The translations under genes and the position numbers were made by a program. From assembly GCA_963816355.1 (NCBI GenBank), contig CAWFKH010000003.1, positions 1,056,001 to 1,120,000 on the forward strand: a stretch of DNA of 64,000 nucleotides, in the 5' to 3' direction. Every line of letters starts with the position of its first letter. Within the stretch, counting starts at the first letter, position 1. The notes beneath the pieces are model-generated. The model ran no database searches. It saw nothing but the letters and a program-made list of their open reading frames with translations, and was not told where the DNA came from. Shown here piece by piece: positions 26,063 to 34,241 of the stretch. Source of the DNA: an uncultured Gemmatimonadales bacterium (GTDB lineage: Bacteria; Gemmatimonadota; Gemmatimonadetes; Longimicrobiales; RSA9).

Positions 26063-28621
26063 TCAGCGCACGCCGACCTCCTTCATCATGGACTTCGTGA
26101 TCGACTGACGGGTGTCGTCGAAGCCCGTCCACGCCGCGGCGCGCCGGGAACGCAGCCGCTCGGGCACCGTGGCCACCGTGAAGGCGTGAGGATCCAGCCC
26201 GGCCTGCAGCTCCTCCCAGCTCACCGGCGTCGACACCGGCGCGCCCTCCCGGGCCCGCGTCGAGTAGGGCGCCACGGCGGTCGCGCCGCGCGCGTTGCGC
26301 AGGTAGTCGATGTAGATGCGGCCGCGCCGTTCCTTCTTCGCCGCCCTCGCCACGTAACGATCGGGGCGTTCCGCTGCCGCCGCCACGGCGATAGCGCGCG
26401 AAAACGCCTTCACTTCGTCCCAGCCGGAGCGACGCACGAGCGGGACCACCACGTGCAAGCCCTTGCCGCCGGTCGTCTTGACGAAGCTGCGCAGCCCCAG
26501 GGCGGTGAAGCGGTCGCGCATCGCGACGGCGGCCTCTACGACCTCGGGCCACTCCACGCCCGCGCCGGGATCGAGGTCGATCACAATCCGGTCCGGCCGC
26601 TCCAGGCGATCGATGCGCGCCCCCCACGCGTGGATCTCCAGAACGCCGATCTGGACGAGCGAGACCAGCGCATCCAGCGTCTCCACGTGCAGGTACGTCG
26701 CGCGTTTCGACTGCTCCTCGATCTCCACCCGGCCAATCGCTTCAGGAACGCCCGCGCGCGCGTGCTTCTGATAGAAGCACTCCGCGTCCGTTCCGTCCGG
26801 GCAGCGGACGATCGACAACGGCCGTCCCGCCAGGTGCGGCAGCATCGCCGCGCCCACGTCCACGTAGTATTCGGCGAGATCACGTTTCGTCAGGCCTTGG
26901 CCCCGGTAGAGGACCCGGTCCGCGTGCGTCAGCTTCACGCGTGCGCGCCCGACGCGGACTGCCGCCTGCCGTGCCGCCCCCGCCGAGGCTGCTCCGCTTC
27001 GCTCCACCTGCGCCTCCCCGTCCACCGGTCTCTCACGGACGACGTCCGCCGCACCCTTGTCCTCGCGCAACCCCTTGAAGGAAGGGTGCCGCAGCGAACC
27101 GTCCTTCGTCCACTCCGTGAAGGCCACCTCCACCACCAGTTTCGGCTCGACCCAGTGCACGCCCCGCGCCGCCGCGCCACGTGGCGGATCCTCCACCGGC
27201 GCACGTGCCCGCTCCAGCGGACGCAGCCGCTCCGCCAGATCGCGAAGCCGCGCATCCGTGAAGCCCGTGCCGACTCTGCCCGCCGAGCGCAGCGCGCCGT
27301 CCTCGTGATAACCGATCAGCAGCGCACCCAGACCCACCCTGGATCCCGACGGCTCGCTGTAGCCCACCACGATGAACTCCTGCCGCCGCAGGCACTTCGT
27401 CTTCACCCACTCCCGCGTCCGCGCCGCCCGGTAGACGCTCTCCGCACGCTTGCTCACCACCCCCTCGAGACCCATCGAACACGCCCGCTCGAAGAAAGAG
27501 CGGCCCCGGCCCACCACGTGGTCGCTGTAGCGCACCCGCTCCGCTGACAGCTCCGACCGATCCAGAAGCGCCTCCAACGCCCGCTTGCGCTCCACGAGCG
27601 CAACCCGCTCCAGGTCCCATCCATCCAGGTGGCGCAGGTCGAACACCTCGTACACCAGGCTCTGGTCCTGCCCGTCCAGCGCGTTCTGCAGCTTCTGGAA
27701 ATCGCTCACGCCCAATGCGTCCAGCACTACCACCTCGCCGTCCAGCACCGCCGACTTCGCCGCCAAACCCTTCAACACCTCCGCCACCGGCCGCATCCGC
27801 GACGTCCAGTCCTTGCCTCCGCGCGTCATCAGCTTCACACCCCCACCGTCGACCCGCGCAAGCACCCGGTAGCCGTCGAACTTGATCTCGTGAAGCCACT
27901 CCTCGCCTTCCGGCACGACGTCCACCAGCGTCGCAAGCTCCGGCCGCAGCGCCCGCGGGAAAGGGAGCGCCCTGCGCACCGCCCCCGCCAGCGTGGACGC
28001 ATCCGGGCCGCCCCGCGAGGACCACACACGATCCCGCGCGGCGGCGATCTCCTTCATGGTGCGCCCGCTCTCCGCGCTGCGCTGCTCCCGCCGTACCACC
28101 CCGGCGCCGTCTCCGGCCCGCGCCTCTTCATCCTCCTCCTTGATCAGAAGCCAGTTCTCCTTCTTCTTCCGCCCGGCCTCCCCCTTCATCCGCACTAGGA
28201 CCCACCCGCCACGCAGCACTTCGCCGCCGAGAATGAACTTCAGATGACCCCTCTCATATCCCTTCGTGGCACCACCTTGCGACGCCCACCTCCCGCGATC
28301 CCACAGCATCACCGCGCCCCCGCCGTACTCGCCCTCCGGAATCACGCCCTCGAAATCCGCGTACTCCAGCGGGTGGTCCTCCACGTGGATCGCGAGCCGC
28401 CGCTCCGACGGATCCAGACTCGGCCCCTTCGGCACCGCCCAGCTCTTCAGCACGCCGTCCATCTCGAGTCGGAAGTCGAAGTGCAGCCGGCTCGCGGCGT
28501 GCTTCTGGACGACGAAACGGCCGCCCGACGACTCCGCGGCGCCGCCGTGACGGTCCCGCGTACCCTCCGGCTCCGGCGTTCGCCCGAACCGCCGCTTCTT
28601 CCTGTACGTTTCCAGCCCCAT
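26063..28621 (-). CDS. ligD: NHEJ DNA ligase D (phosphoesterase-ligase-polymerase order)
   Basis: PE domain FVVQKHAASRLHFDFRLE, KSWAVPKGPS; ligase HEIKFDGYR, EGVVSKR, WVKTKC; polymerase RCPDG, PDRIVIDLDPG, KTTGGKGLHV, IDYLRN, APYSTRAR. Confidence 0.97.
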   Translation of the reverse strand: MGLETYRKKRRFGRTPEPEGTRDRHGGAAESSGGRFVVQKHAASRLHFDFRLEMDGVLKSWAVPKGPSLDPSERRLAIHVEDHPLEYADFEGVIPEGEYGGGAVMLWDRGRWASQGGATKGYERGHLKFILGGEVLRGGWVLVRMKGEAGRKKKENWLLIKEEDEEARAGDGAGVVRREQRSAESGRTMKEIAAARDRVWSSRGGPDASTLAGAVRRALPFPRALRPELATLVDVVPEGEEWLHEIKFDGYRVLARVDGGGVKLMTRGGKDWTSRMRPVAEVLKGLAAKSAVLDGEVVVLDALGVSDFQKLQNALDGQDQSLVYEVFDLRHLDGWDLERVALVERKRALEALLDRSELSAERVRYSDHVVGRGRSFFERACSMGLEGVVSKRAESVYRAARTREWVKTKCLRRQEFIVVGYSEPSGSRVGLGALLIGYHEDGALRSAGRVGTGFTDARLRDLAERLRPLERARAPVEDPPRGAAARGVHWVEPKLVVEVAFTEWTKDGSLRHPSFKGLREDKGAADVVRERPVDGEAQVERSGAASAGAARQAAVRVGRARVKLTHADRVLYRGQGLTKRDLAEYYVDVGAAMLPHLAGRPLSIVRCPDGTDAECFYQKHARAGVPEAIGRVEIEEQSKRATYLHVETLDALVSLVQIGVLEIHAWGARIDRLERPDRIVIDLDPGAGVEWPEVVEAAVAMRDRFTALGLRSFVKTTGGKGLHVVVPLVRRSGWDEVKAFSRAIAVAAAAERPDRYVARAAKKERRGRIYIDYLRNARGATAVAPYSTRAREGAPVSTPVSWEELQAGLDPHAFTVATVPERLRSRRAAAWTGFDDTRQSITKSMMKEVGVR

Positions 28622-28779
28622 CGCAGCGCTCCCGTCGGCGCGTCCGGCCCGGGCTCCACACACGTCCGCGACAACGAGGCGGCAATCGTCGCGCCAGAGC
28701 GAATCCCGGGGCCTCGCCGCAGCACCGCGTGGCGGCATCGCGTCAAGGCGTGGCATCGGAGGCCACGCCGCGGCGCGCG

Positions 28780-28807
28780 GCTTCGTATAATATGCATTAT
28801 GTAAACT
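28780..28807 (+). other. dif site (XerC/XerD chromosome dimer resolution site)
   Basis: GCTTCGTATAA-TATGCA-TTATGTAAACT has the 11-6-11 architecture. The right arm matches the B. subtilis dif XerD arm as I recall it (TTATGTAAACT; E. coli TTATGTTAAAT). Intergenic AT-rich island. Confidence 0.88.
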
Positions 28808-28939
28808 TGCCCACAGCCAGGATGTGGAGAACCCGCGCGATTTCCCCCTTCCCATTCCGCGACGCCGAACTGCGCCCGCACTGCGCGACCGCAGCGAGGC
28901 CCGACTTTCGTCCCCATCGCGGGGCGGGCGTTCGGGCGT

Positions 28940-29578
28940 TCAGCCGAAGATCGAAGGCGGGCGGCTCTTGCCGGTGACGGTCGCCAGCGCGCTCATCAGC
29001 TCGGCCTCGACCCTGGGGAGCGCGGCGTCGCGAGCGGCGCGGTCATCGAGCTGCGGGAAGCGGAGCGGCTGGCCGAAGCGGATGGTGAGCGGGCCGCGGC
29101 GCACACCGCCGCCCCAGCGCGGGAGGACTTCGTAGGCGCCGAGCACGGCGCACGGGATCACCGGGACGCCTGCCTTGAGGATGAGGCGGAGGGTCCCGAG
29201 ACGCGGGGGCTGCAGCCGACCATCCCAGCTCCGCTCCCCTTCGGGGTAGATGGAGACGACGGCCCCGCGCCGCAGAGTGCGCAGCGCGACGCGTACTGCC
29301 TGAGGGTCGACCTCGAAGCGGCGTACGGGAAAGGCCTCCAGGCGGCGGAGCAGCGGTCCGAAGAGTGGCGCGTCGAATTCGGTGCTCTTGGCCATGGCGT
29401 GGACGACGCGCGGGCAGAAGGCCTGCAGGATGGGCGCGTCGATGAAGCTCTCGTGGTTCGCGGCGAGGAGAGCGGGCCCGGAGGCTGGAACGTTCGCGAG
29501 GCCCTCGACCGCGACGCGGGTGGCGAAGACGCGGGTCGCGGCGCGCACGAGGCGCTGTGCGAAGCGGTAGAAGGTCAC
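28940..29578 (-). CDS. Lysophospholipid acyltransferase (PlsC family)
   Basis: ANHESFID (HX4D), MAKSTEF, FPVRR, YPEGERS; GTGA overlap with the upstream gene. Confidence 0.92.
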   Translation of the reverse strand: MTFYRFAQRLVRAATRVFATRVAVEGLANVPASGPALLAANHESFIDAPILQAFCPRVVHAMAKSTEFDAPLFGPLLRRLEAFPVRRFEVDPQAVRVALRTLRRGAVVSIYPEGERSWDGRLQPPRLGTLRLILKAGVPVIPCAVLGAYEVLPRWGGGVRRGPLTIRFGQPLRFPQLDDRAARDAALPRVEAELMSALATVTGKSRPPSIFG

Positions 29579-30198
29579 GCGGAGGGTACGGTGACGAGGC
29601 GGGGCTGGAACTCCACGATCTCCCCCTTCCCCTCGCGGCTCCAGCGTTCCTGCAACAGGAGGTGGAGTGTCTCGTCCCAGAGGCGGAGCGACGCATCGAC
29701 GAGGCGGATCGAGACCAGCCGGCCCGCCTCGAAGCGGATCTGGAGCGAGCTCGAGCTGGCGACGACCGCCCCGATCGACGGCAGCGGCCACGCCGACGGC
29801 GTCCCCCGCGTCGGCTCGAAACGTACTTCCTCGCTCGTGAGCGACAGGAAGCCGTCACTCGGTTCGCCGAAGCGCTCGATCCGGCCCAGGTAGACGCCAC
29901 GCCGGCGCACCTCGCTGCGCCCCGTCGCGTGCCGCAGCGACGCGGCGTCGCGCAGGAGCATCCCAGCGGGAGCGGCGCCGCGCAGGGCCTCGAGGGTGGG
30001 CACGCCCTGGCGATCCGACCATTCCGCGGCCGTACGCGCGGCGAATTCCCCTCCCGTCGCTTCCACGATCACTTCGGCGCCCCGGCCGCGGCGGTAGACG
30101 CGACCGCACGCCACGCAGCGCCCTCTCCGGCCGTCCCTGCGCACGCCGCCAACCGCCTCGCATTCCGGGCAGCGCCAGAAGAGATCGTGCACGCCCAC
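29575..30198 (-). CDS. Hypothetical protein with N-terminal zinc ribbon
   Basis: WRCPEC..RCVACG followed by a beta-rich region; translationally coupled to the acyltransferase. Confidence 0.7.
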   Translation of the reverse strand: MGVHDLFWRCPECEAVGGVRRDGRRGRCVACGRVYRRGRGAEVIVEATGGEFAARTAAEWSDRQGVPTLEALRGAAPAGMLLRDAASLRHATGRSEVRRRGVYLGRIERFGEPSDGFLSLTSEEVRFEPTRGTPSAWPLPSIGAVVASSSSLQIRFEAGRLVSIRLVDASLRLWDETLHLLLQERWSREGKGEIVEFQPRLVTVPSA

Positions 30199-30225
30199 GG
30201 CCGCTCCCCTGCCCCGGCGTACCGA

Positions 30226-30957
30226 CTAGAGACGGTTGAAGAGGTCGAGCAGGCGAAGATGCCACACGCGCCATACCGCCTCGATGATGATGCGGCGCGA
30301 CATCTTCGACTCACCCACGTCGCGGTCGACGAAGACGATCGGCACCTCTCCGATGCGAAAGCCGCGGCGCCAGGCGCGCAGGCTCATCTCGATCTGGAAC
30401 GCGTAGCCCTCGGAGCGGACGTGGTCGAGGTCGATCGCCTGGAGCACGGCGCGCCGAAAACATTTGTAGCCGCCCGTCGCGTCCGCGACCGGAAGACCGG
30501 TCACCGTGCGAGCGTACAGGTTCGCGAAGTAGGAGAGGAAGAGGCGCGAGATCGGCCAGTTGATGACGGTGACGCGGCCGTGCAGGTAGCGGGAACCGAG
30601 GACGACGTCGTATTCCTCGATCGCCTGGAGGAAGGTGGGCAGGTGGGCGGGGTCGTGGGAGAAGTCGGCGTCCATCTCGAAGAGGAAGGCGTAATCGCGC
30701 TCGAGGCCCCAGCGGAAGCCATCCAGGTAGGCGGTGCCGAGGCCGAGCTTTCCGCGCCGGTGCAGGACGTGGACGCGGGGGTCGGCCGCGGCGAGGCGGT
30801 CGGCGATCTCGCCGGTTCCGTCCGGGGAGGCGTCGTCGACGACGAGGACCTCGAGTCGCGGGTCCTGCTGCAACACGAGGCCGACGAGGCGCTCCAGATT
30901 GTCGCGCTCGTCGTAGGTCGGGACGATGACCAGGGCGCGGTCGGTTGGGTCACCCAT
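30226..30957 (-). CDS. Polyprenol monophosphomannose synthase (GT2, Ppm1/DPM1-like)
   Basis: IVPTYDERDN, VVDDASPDGT, KLGLGTAY, EMDADFSHDP, DATGGYKCFRR, GYAFQIE, FVDRDVGESKM. Confidence 0.93.
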   Translation of the reverse strand: MGDPTDRALVIVPTYDERDNLERLVGLVLQQDPRLEVLVVDDASPDGTGEIADRLAAADPRVHVLHRRGKLGLGTAYLDGFRWGLERDYAFLFEMDADFSHDPAHLPTFLQAIEEYDVVLGSRYLHGRVTVINWPISRLFLSYFANLYARTVTGLPVADATGGYKCFRRAVLQAIDLDHVRSEGYAFQIEMSLRAWRRGFRIGEVPIVFVDRDVGESKMSRRIIIEAVWRVWHLRLLDLFNRL

Positions 30958-30985
30958 CGCGGGTTGAGAGTCGGGAAGCACCGAA

Positions 30986-31011
30986 TTAGCTTGAAAGGCT
31001 TGCAAAGCTAA
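30986..31011. promoter_or_regulatory. Inverted repeat in the divergent promoter region of the glycosylation genes
   Basis: TTAGCTT-12 nt-AAGCTAA in an AT-rich 77-bp spacer. Confidence 0.4.
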
Positions 31012-31034
31012 CGCCCTTCCCCGCTCAGCGACAA

Positions 31035-32231
31035 GTGAAAGCGCTCTACGTAGCGACGGCCTACCCGCGCGCACCGGAGGACGTGATCACGCCGTGGCTG
31101 GGCGAGACGATCCGGCGTCTCGGCGCGGCAGGGGTGGAGGTGGAGGTGCTCGCGCCCTCGTACCGGGGTCTCGCGGGCGGCGTCGTCGAGGGGGTGCGGG
31201 TGCACCGCTTCCGGTACGCACCCCGGCGGTGGGAGGACCTGACGCACGACCAGACGGCGCCGGACCGGATCCGGGAGCGGCCGGGATACCTCGCGCTCGT
31301 TCCCGGCTACATGGCGGCCGGCATGGCGGCCGCGGCACGGCTGGCGAGGCGCGGAGGGTTCGATCTGGTGCACGTCCACTGGCCGATGCCGCACGCGCTG
31401 TTCGGTCTGGCGGCGCGGCGCGCGGCGCGCATCCCGCTGGTGTGCTCCTTCCACGGCGTCGAGCTGACGTGGACCCGGCGCGACTGGCCCCTTCTCACGC
31501 CGCTGCTGCGCTACTTCATCCGGACGTCGGACGCGGTGACCGCCAATTCGACCTACACGGCCTCGATGATCCGGCGCGTCTATGACCGCCCGATGGTCCG
31601 CATCCCCTTCGGCACGTCGATCGACGTCGCCGATCGTCCCGCCGGCGGGGACGGCGCGGGCGCGTTCGAGCTCCTTTTCGTGGGCCGCCTGGTGGAGCGG
31701 AAGGGAGTGGTCCACCTTCTGGAGGCGCTGGCGCGCCTGCCCGCGAGCACGCCCGCGCGGTTGCGGGTGGTCGGCGAGGGTCCGCTGCGGCCGGCGCTGG
31801 AGCGGCGCGCCGCCGAGCTGGGATTGGAGGGGCGCGTCGCCTTCGACGGCTTCGTCGCGAGAGAGGTGCTGGAGGAACGCTACCGCGCCTGCGACGCGTT
31901 CGTGCTCCCCGCGGTGGTCGACGCGAAGGGGGACACCGAAGGGCTGGGCGTGGTGCTCGTGGAGGCGCTGTCGTATGGAAAGCCGGTGATCGCGAGCGGC
32001 GTGGGCGGCATCGTCGACATCGTGCGGGACGGCGAGACGGGGCTGCTCGTGCCGCCAGCCGACGCGGGGGCGCTCGCGGCGGCGATCGAGCTTCTCGCGG
32101 CGGATCGCGCGCTGGCGCGTCGTCTGGGCCGGGGCGGCCGGGCGCTGGCGGAGGAGGAGTTCGCGTGGCCCGTGATCATCGCGCGTCTCGTGGAGGTGTA
32201 CGCGTCGGTCGTGGCGCGAGGCGCGCGGTGA
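31035..32231 (+). CDS. Glycosyltransferase family 4
   Basis: VHVHW, LFVGRLVERKG, TEGLGVVLVEALSYGKPVIAS. Confidence 0.93.
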   Translation: MKALYVATAYPRAPEDVITPWLGETIRRLGAAGVEVEVLAPSYRGLAGGVVEGVRVHRFRYAPRRWEDLTHDQTAPDRIRERPGYLALVPGYMAAGMAAAARLARRGGFDLVHVHWPMPHALFGLAARRAARIPLVCSFHGVELTWTRRDWPLLTPLLRYFIRTSDAVTANSTYTASMIRRVYDRPMVRIPFGTSIDVADRPAGGDGAGAFELLFVGRLVERKGVVHLLEALARLPASTPARLRVVGEGPLRPALERRAAELGLEGRVAFDGFVAREVLEERYRACDAFVLPAVVDAKGDTEGLGVVLVEALSYGKPVIASGVGGIVDIVRDGETGLLVPPADAGALAAAIELLAADRALARRLGRGGRALAEEEFAWPVIIARLVEVYASVVARGAR

Positions 32232-32241
32232 GCGGGGACCG

Positions 32242-33114
32242 ATGCTGAATGCGCTCGTGGCGCCGCTCCTGCGGGCGAGGCGCCATGCGGCTGTCCTCCG
32301 CGCGGAGCGAATCCTACGGAGCGCCGTGCCGCCGCTCGACCGCGTCGCGAAGCGGGCGTACGCGGGCTACAAGCGACAGCGGCTCATCGAGGCGTGCGGC
32401 GATCCGGAGTTGCGCGGGCGCTTCCTGGGCCGGGGTCCGCTGCCGCCGGGCTACGGCGAGGAGATGGACGAGCGCATCGTCGAATACCCGTGGGTGCTGT
32501 CACGCCTAGCGGGCGGCGCCGGAACCCTTCTCGACGCCGGCTCGACGCTGAACTTCGACTGGATCGCCGACGACGCCCGCATCCGCGACAAGCGCGTGAT
32601 CGTCTGCACACTCGCGCCCGAGGGCGTGCTCGGCCGCGCCGCCTATTCCTACCTTTACGGGGACCTGCGCGACCTCCTGCTGCGCGACGCCTGCGTGGAC
32701 GCGGTCGTGTGCATCTCGACGCTGGAGCACGTCGGCATGGACAACCGGGGCTACACCGGCCGCGTGTCGGACGCCGAGCGACGGCCGGAGAGCTTCACGG
32801 ACGCGGTGGCGGAGCTGGCGCGCGTGCTTAAGCCCGGAGGCCCGCTCCTGCTCACCGTCCCCTACGGCCGCCCGCAGGACCTCGGTTGGCTGCGCCAGTT
32901 CGACGCCGCGCGGCTCGAGGCGGCCGTCGACGCTTTCGCCGGCGAGGCCGCCGAGATCGACTACTTCCGCCATGGAGACGGCGGCTGGCAGCGCGCCACG
33001 GCGGCCGCGTGCGCCGACGCCGAGTTCCTATGGCTGCACGGCGCGCGCGGCCGCGCGACTGCGACGCGTGCGAGCGCGGTCGCCTGCCTGCGGCTGGTCC
33101 GCGGCGCCTCGTGA
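32242..33114 (+). CDS. Class I SAM-dependent methyltransferase (probably glycan-modifying)
   Basis: ERIVEYPW, LLDAGS, GDLR, CISTLEHVG, RVLKPGGPLLLTVPYG. Confidence 0.85.
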   Translation: MLNALVAPLLRARRHAAVLRAERILRSAVPPLDRVAKRAYAGYKRQRLIEACGDPELRGRFLGRGPLPPGYGEEMDERIVEYPWVLSRLAGGAGTLLDAGSTLNFDWIADDARIRDKRVIVCTLAPEGVLGRAAYSYLYGDLRDLLLRDACVDAVVCISTLEHVGMDNRGYTGRVSDAERRPESFTDAVAELARVLKPGGPLLLTVPYGRPQDLGWLRQFDAARLEAAVDAFAGEAAEIDYFRHGDGGWQRATAAACADAEFLWLHGARGRATATRASAVACLRLVRGAS

Positions 33115-34241
33115 TGCTGCGCGTCCTGCACTGCATCTACGACGATCCGGCCAACCCGTGGGTCGCGGGTGGCGGCGCCGTGCGCGCGCGAGAGATCTAC
33201 CGGCGCCTGAGGGGCGACGTCGCGGTGCGCGTCGTCACCGGGCGTTATCCGGGCTCCCGGGACGGCACCGTCGATGGCGTGCGCTACGAGCGTGTCGGCG
33301 TGGCGCGGCCGTACGCGGCGAGTCGCCTCAGCTACGCCGTCGAAGCGGCGCGCCTCCTCCGGCGCGGCGATTACGACGTCGCCGTCTACGATTTTTCGGT
33401 CTACGCGCCGATCCTGGTTCCGCTCGCGCCGGCTCCGGTCGGCCTCGTGGTGCACCACCTGACCGGTCCGAGCGCCCGCGCGCGCTGGGGCCGGCCGCTC
33501 GGCGCGGCCCTCGACGCCCTCGAGCGCCGACTCCTGCGGCGCGGGCGCTGGATCAGCACGCCGTCACGGTGGACCGCCCAGCAGGTACGCGCAGTCGTGG
33601 GGCCCGATGCGACGATCCGCGCGGTGGGCGCCGGCGTCGACGATGCCTTCTTCGACGTGGATCGATCCGATGCGGGCTACCTGTTATACTTCGGCCGGCT
33701 CGACCTCTTCCAGAAGGGGCTCGACACGCTGCTGCGGGCGTTCGCACGCCTCCTGGCCGCACGGCCGGAGCTGGAGCTCCGCATCGCGGGCCGAGGCAAG
33801 GACGAGGCGCGCGTCGCGAAGCTCGCGCGGGGGCTCGGCGTGGATGCGGCGGTGAAGCTCCTCGGAGGGGTCGACGACGCGGGGCGGCTCGCGCTTTTCG
33901 CGGGCGCCACGCTGCTGGTGATGCCGTCGCGCTTCGAGGGATTCGGCCTGGTCGCGGCGGAAGCGCTCGCCGCGGGGGTGCCGGTGGTGGCGGCGGCAGC
34001 GGGCGCGCTCCCGGAAGTGGTCGGTTCCGCCGGGGCGTGCGTCGCGCCGGACGACGAGGAGGCGCTGGCCGCCGCGCTCGAGGCGCTCCTCGCCGATCCG
34101 GAGCGGCTGCGCACGCTCGGCGCCGAAGCGCGGGCGTGGGCGAGGCAGTACGCGTGGGACGACGTCGCGCGGCGGCACCTCGCGTTCCTGGAGGAGATCG
34201 CGGAGGCGGCGGGAACGCGCCCGCTGGGAGGAGGCGAATGA
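33114..34241 (+). CDS. Glycosyltransferase family 4
   Basis: AGGGAVR, YFGRLDLFQKGLD, PSRFEGFGLVAAEALAAG. Confidence 0.93.
   Translation: MLRVLHCIYDDPANPWVAGGGAVRAREIYRRLRGDVAVRVVTGRYPGSRDGTVDGVRYERVGVARPYAASRLSYAVEAARLLRRGDYDVAVYDFSVYAPILVPLAPAPVGLVVHHLTGPSARARWGRPLGAALDALERRLLRRGRWISTPSRWTAQQVRAVVGPDATIRAVGAGVDDAFFDVDRSDAGYLLYFGRLDLFQKGLDTLLRAFARLLAARPELELRIAGRGKDEARVAKLARGLGVDAAVKLLGGVDDAGRLALFAGATLLVMPSRFEGFGLVAAEALAAGVPVVAAAAGALPEVVGSAGACVAPDDEEALAAALEALLADPERLRTLGAEARAWARQYAWDDVARRHLAFLEEIAEAAGTRPLGGGE

Noticed and set aside
26028..28807. ligD as a dif-flanked mobile module (IMEX/pdif)
   Set aside because: No second dif-like site or mobility gene is visible at the ligD 3' end.
28777..28810. 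loxP-like sequence (CTTCGTATAA..)
   Set aside because: Only part of one loxP arm matches and there is no 13-bp inverted repeat; the 11-6-11 dif architecture explains it better.
32972..34237. N-terminal extension making the YfhO ORF 1198 aa
   Set aside because: It overlaps the real GT4 gene in another frame; the SD (GGAGGAGG) and ATGA overlap place the start at 34238.
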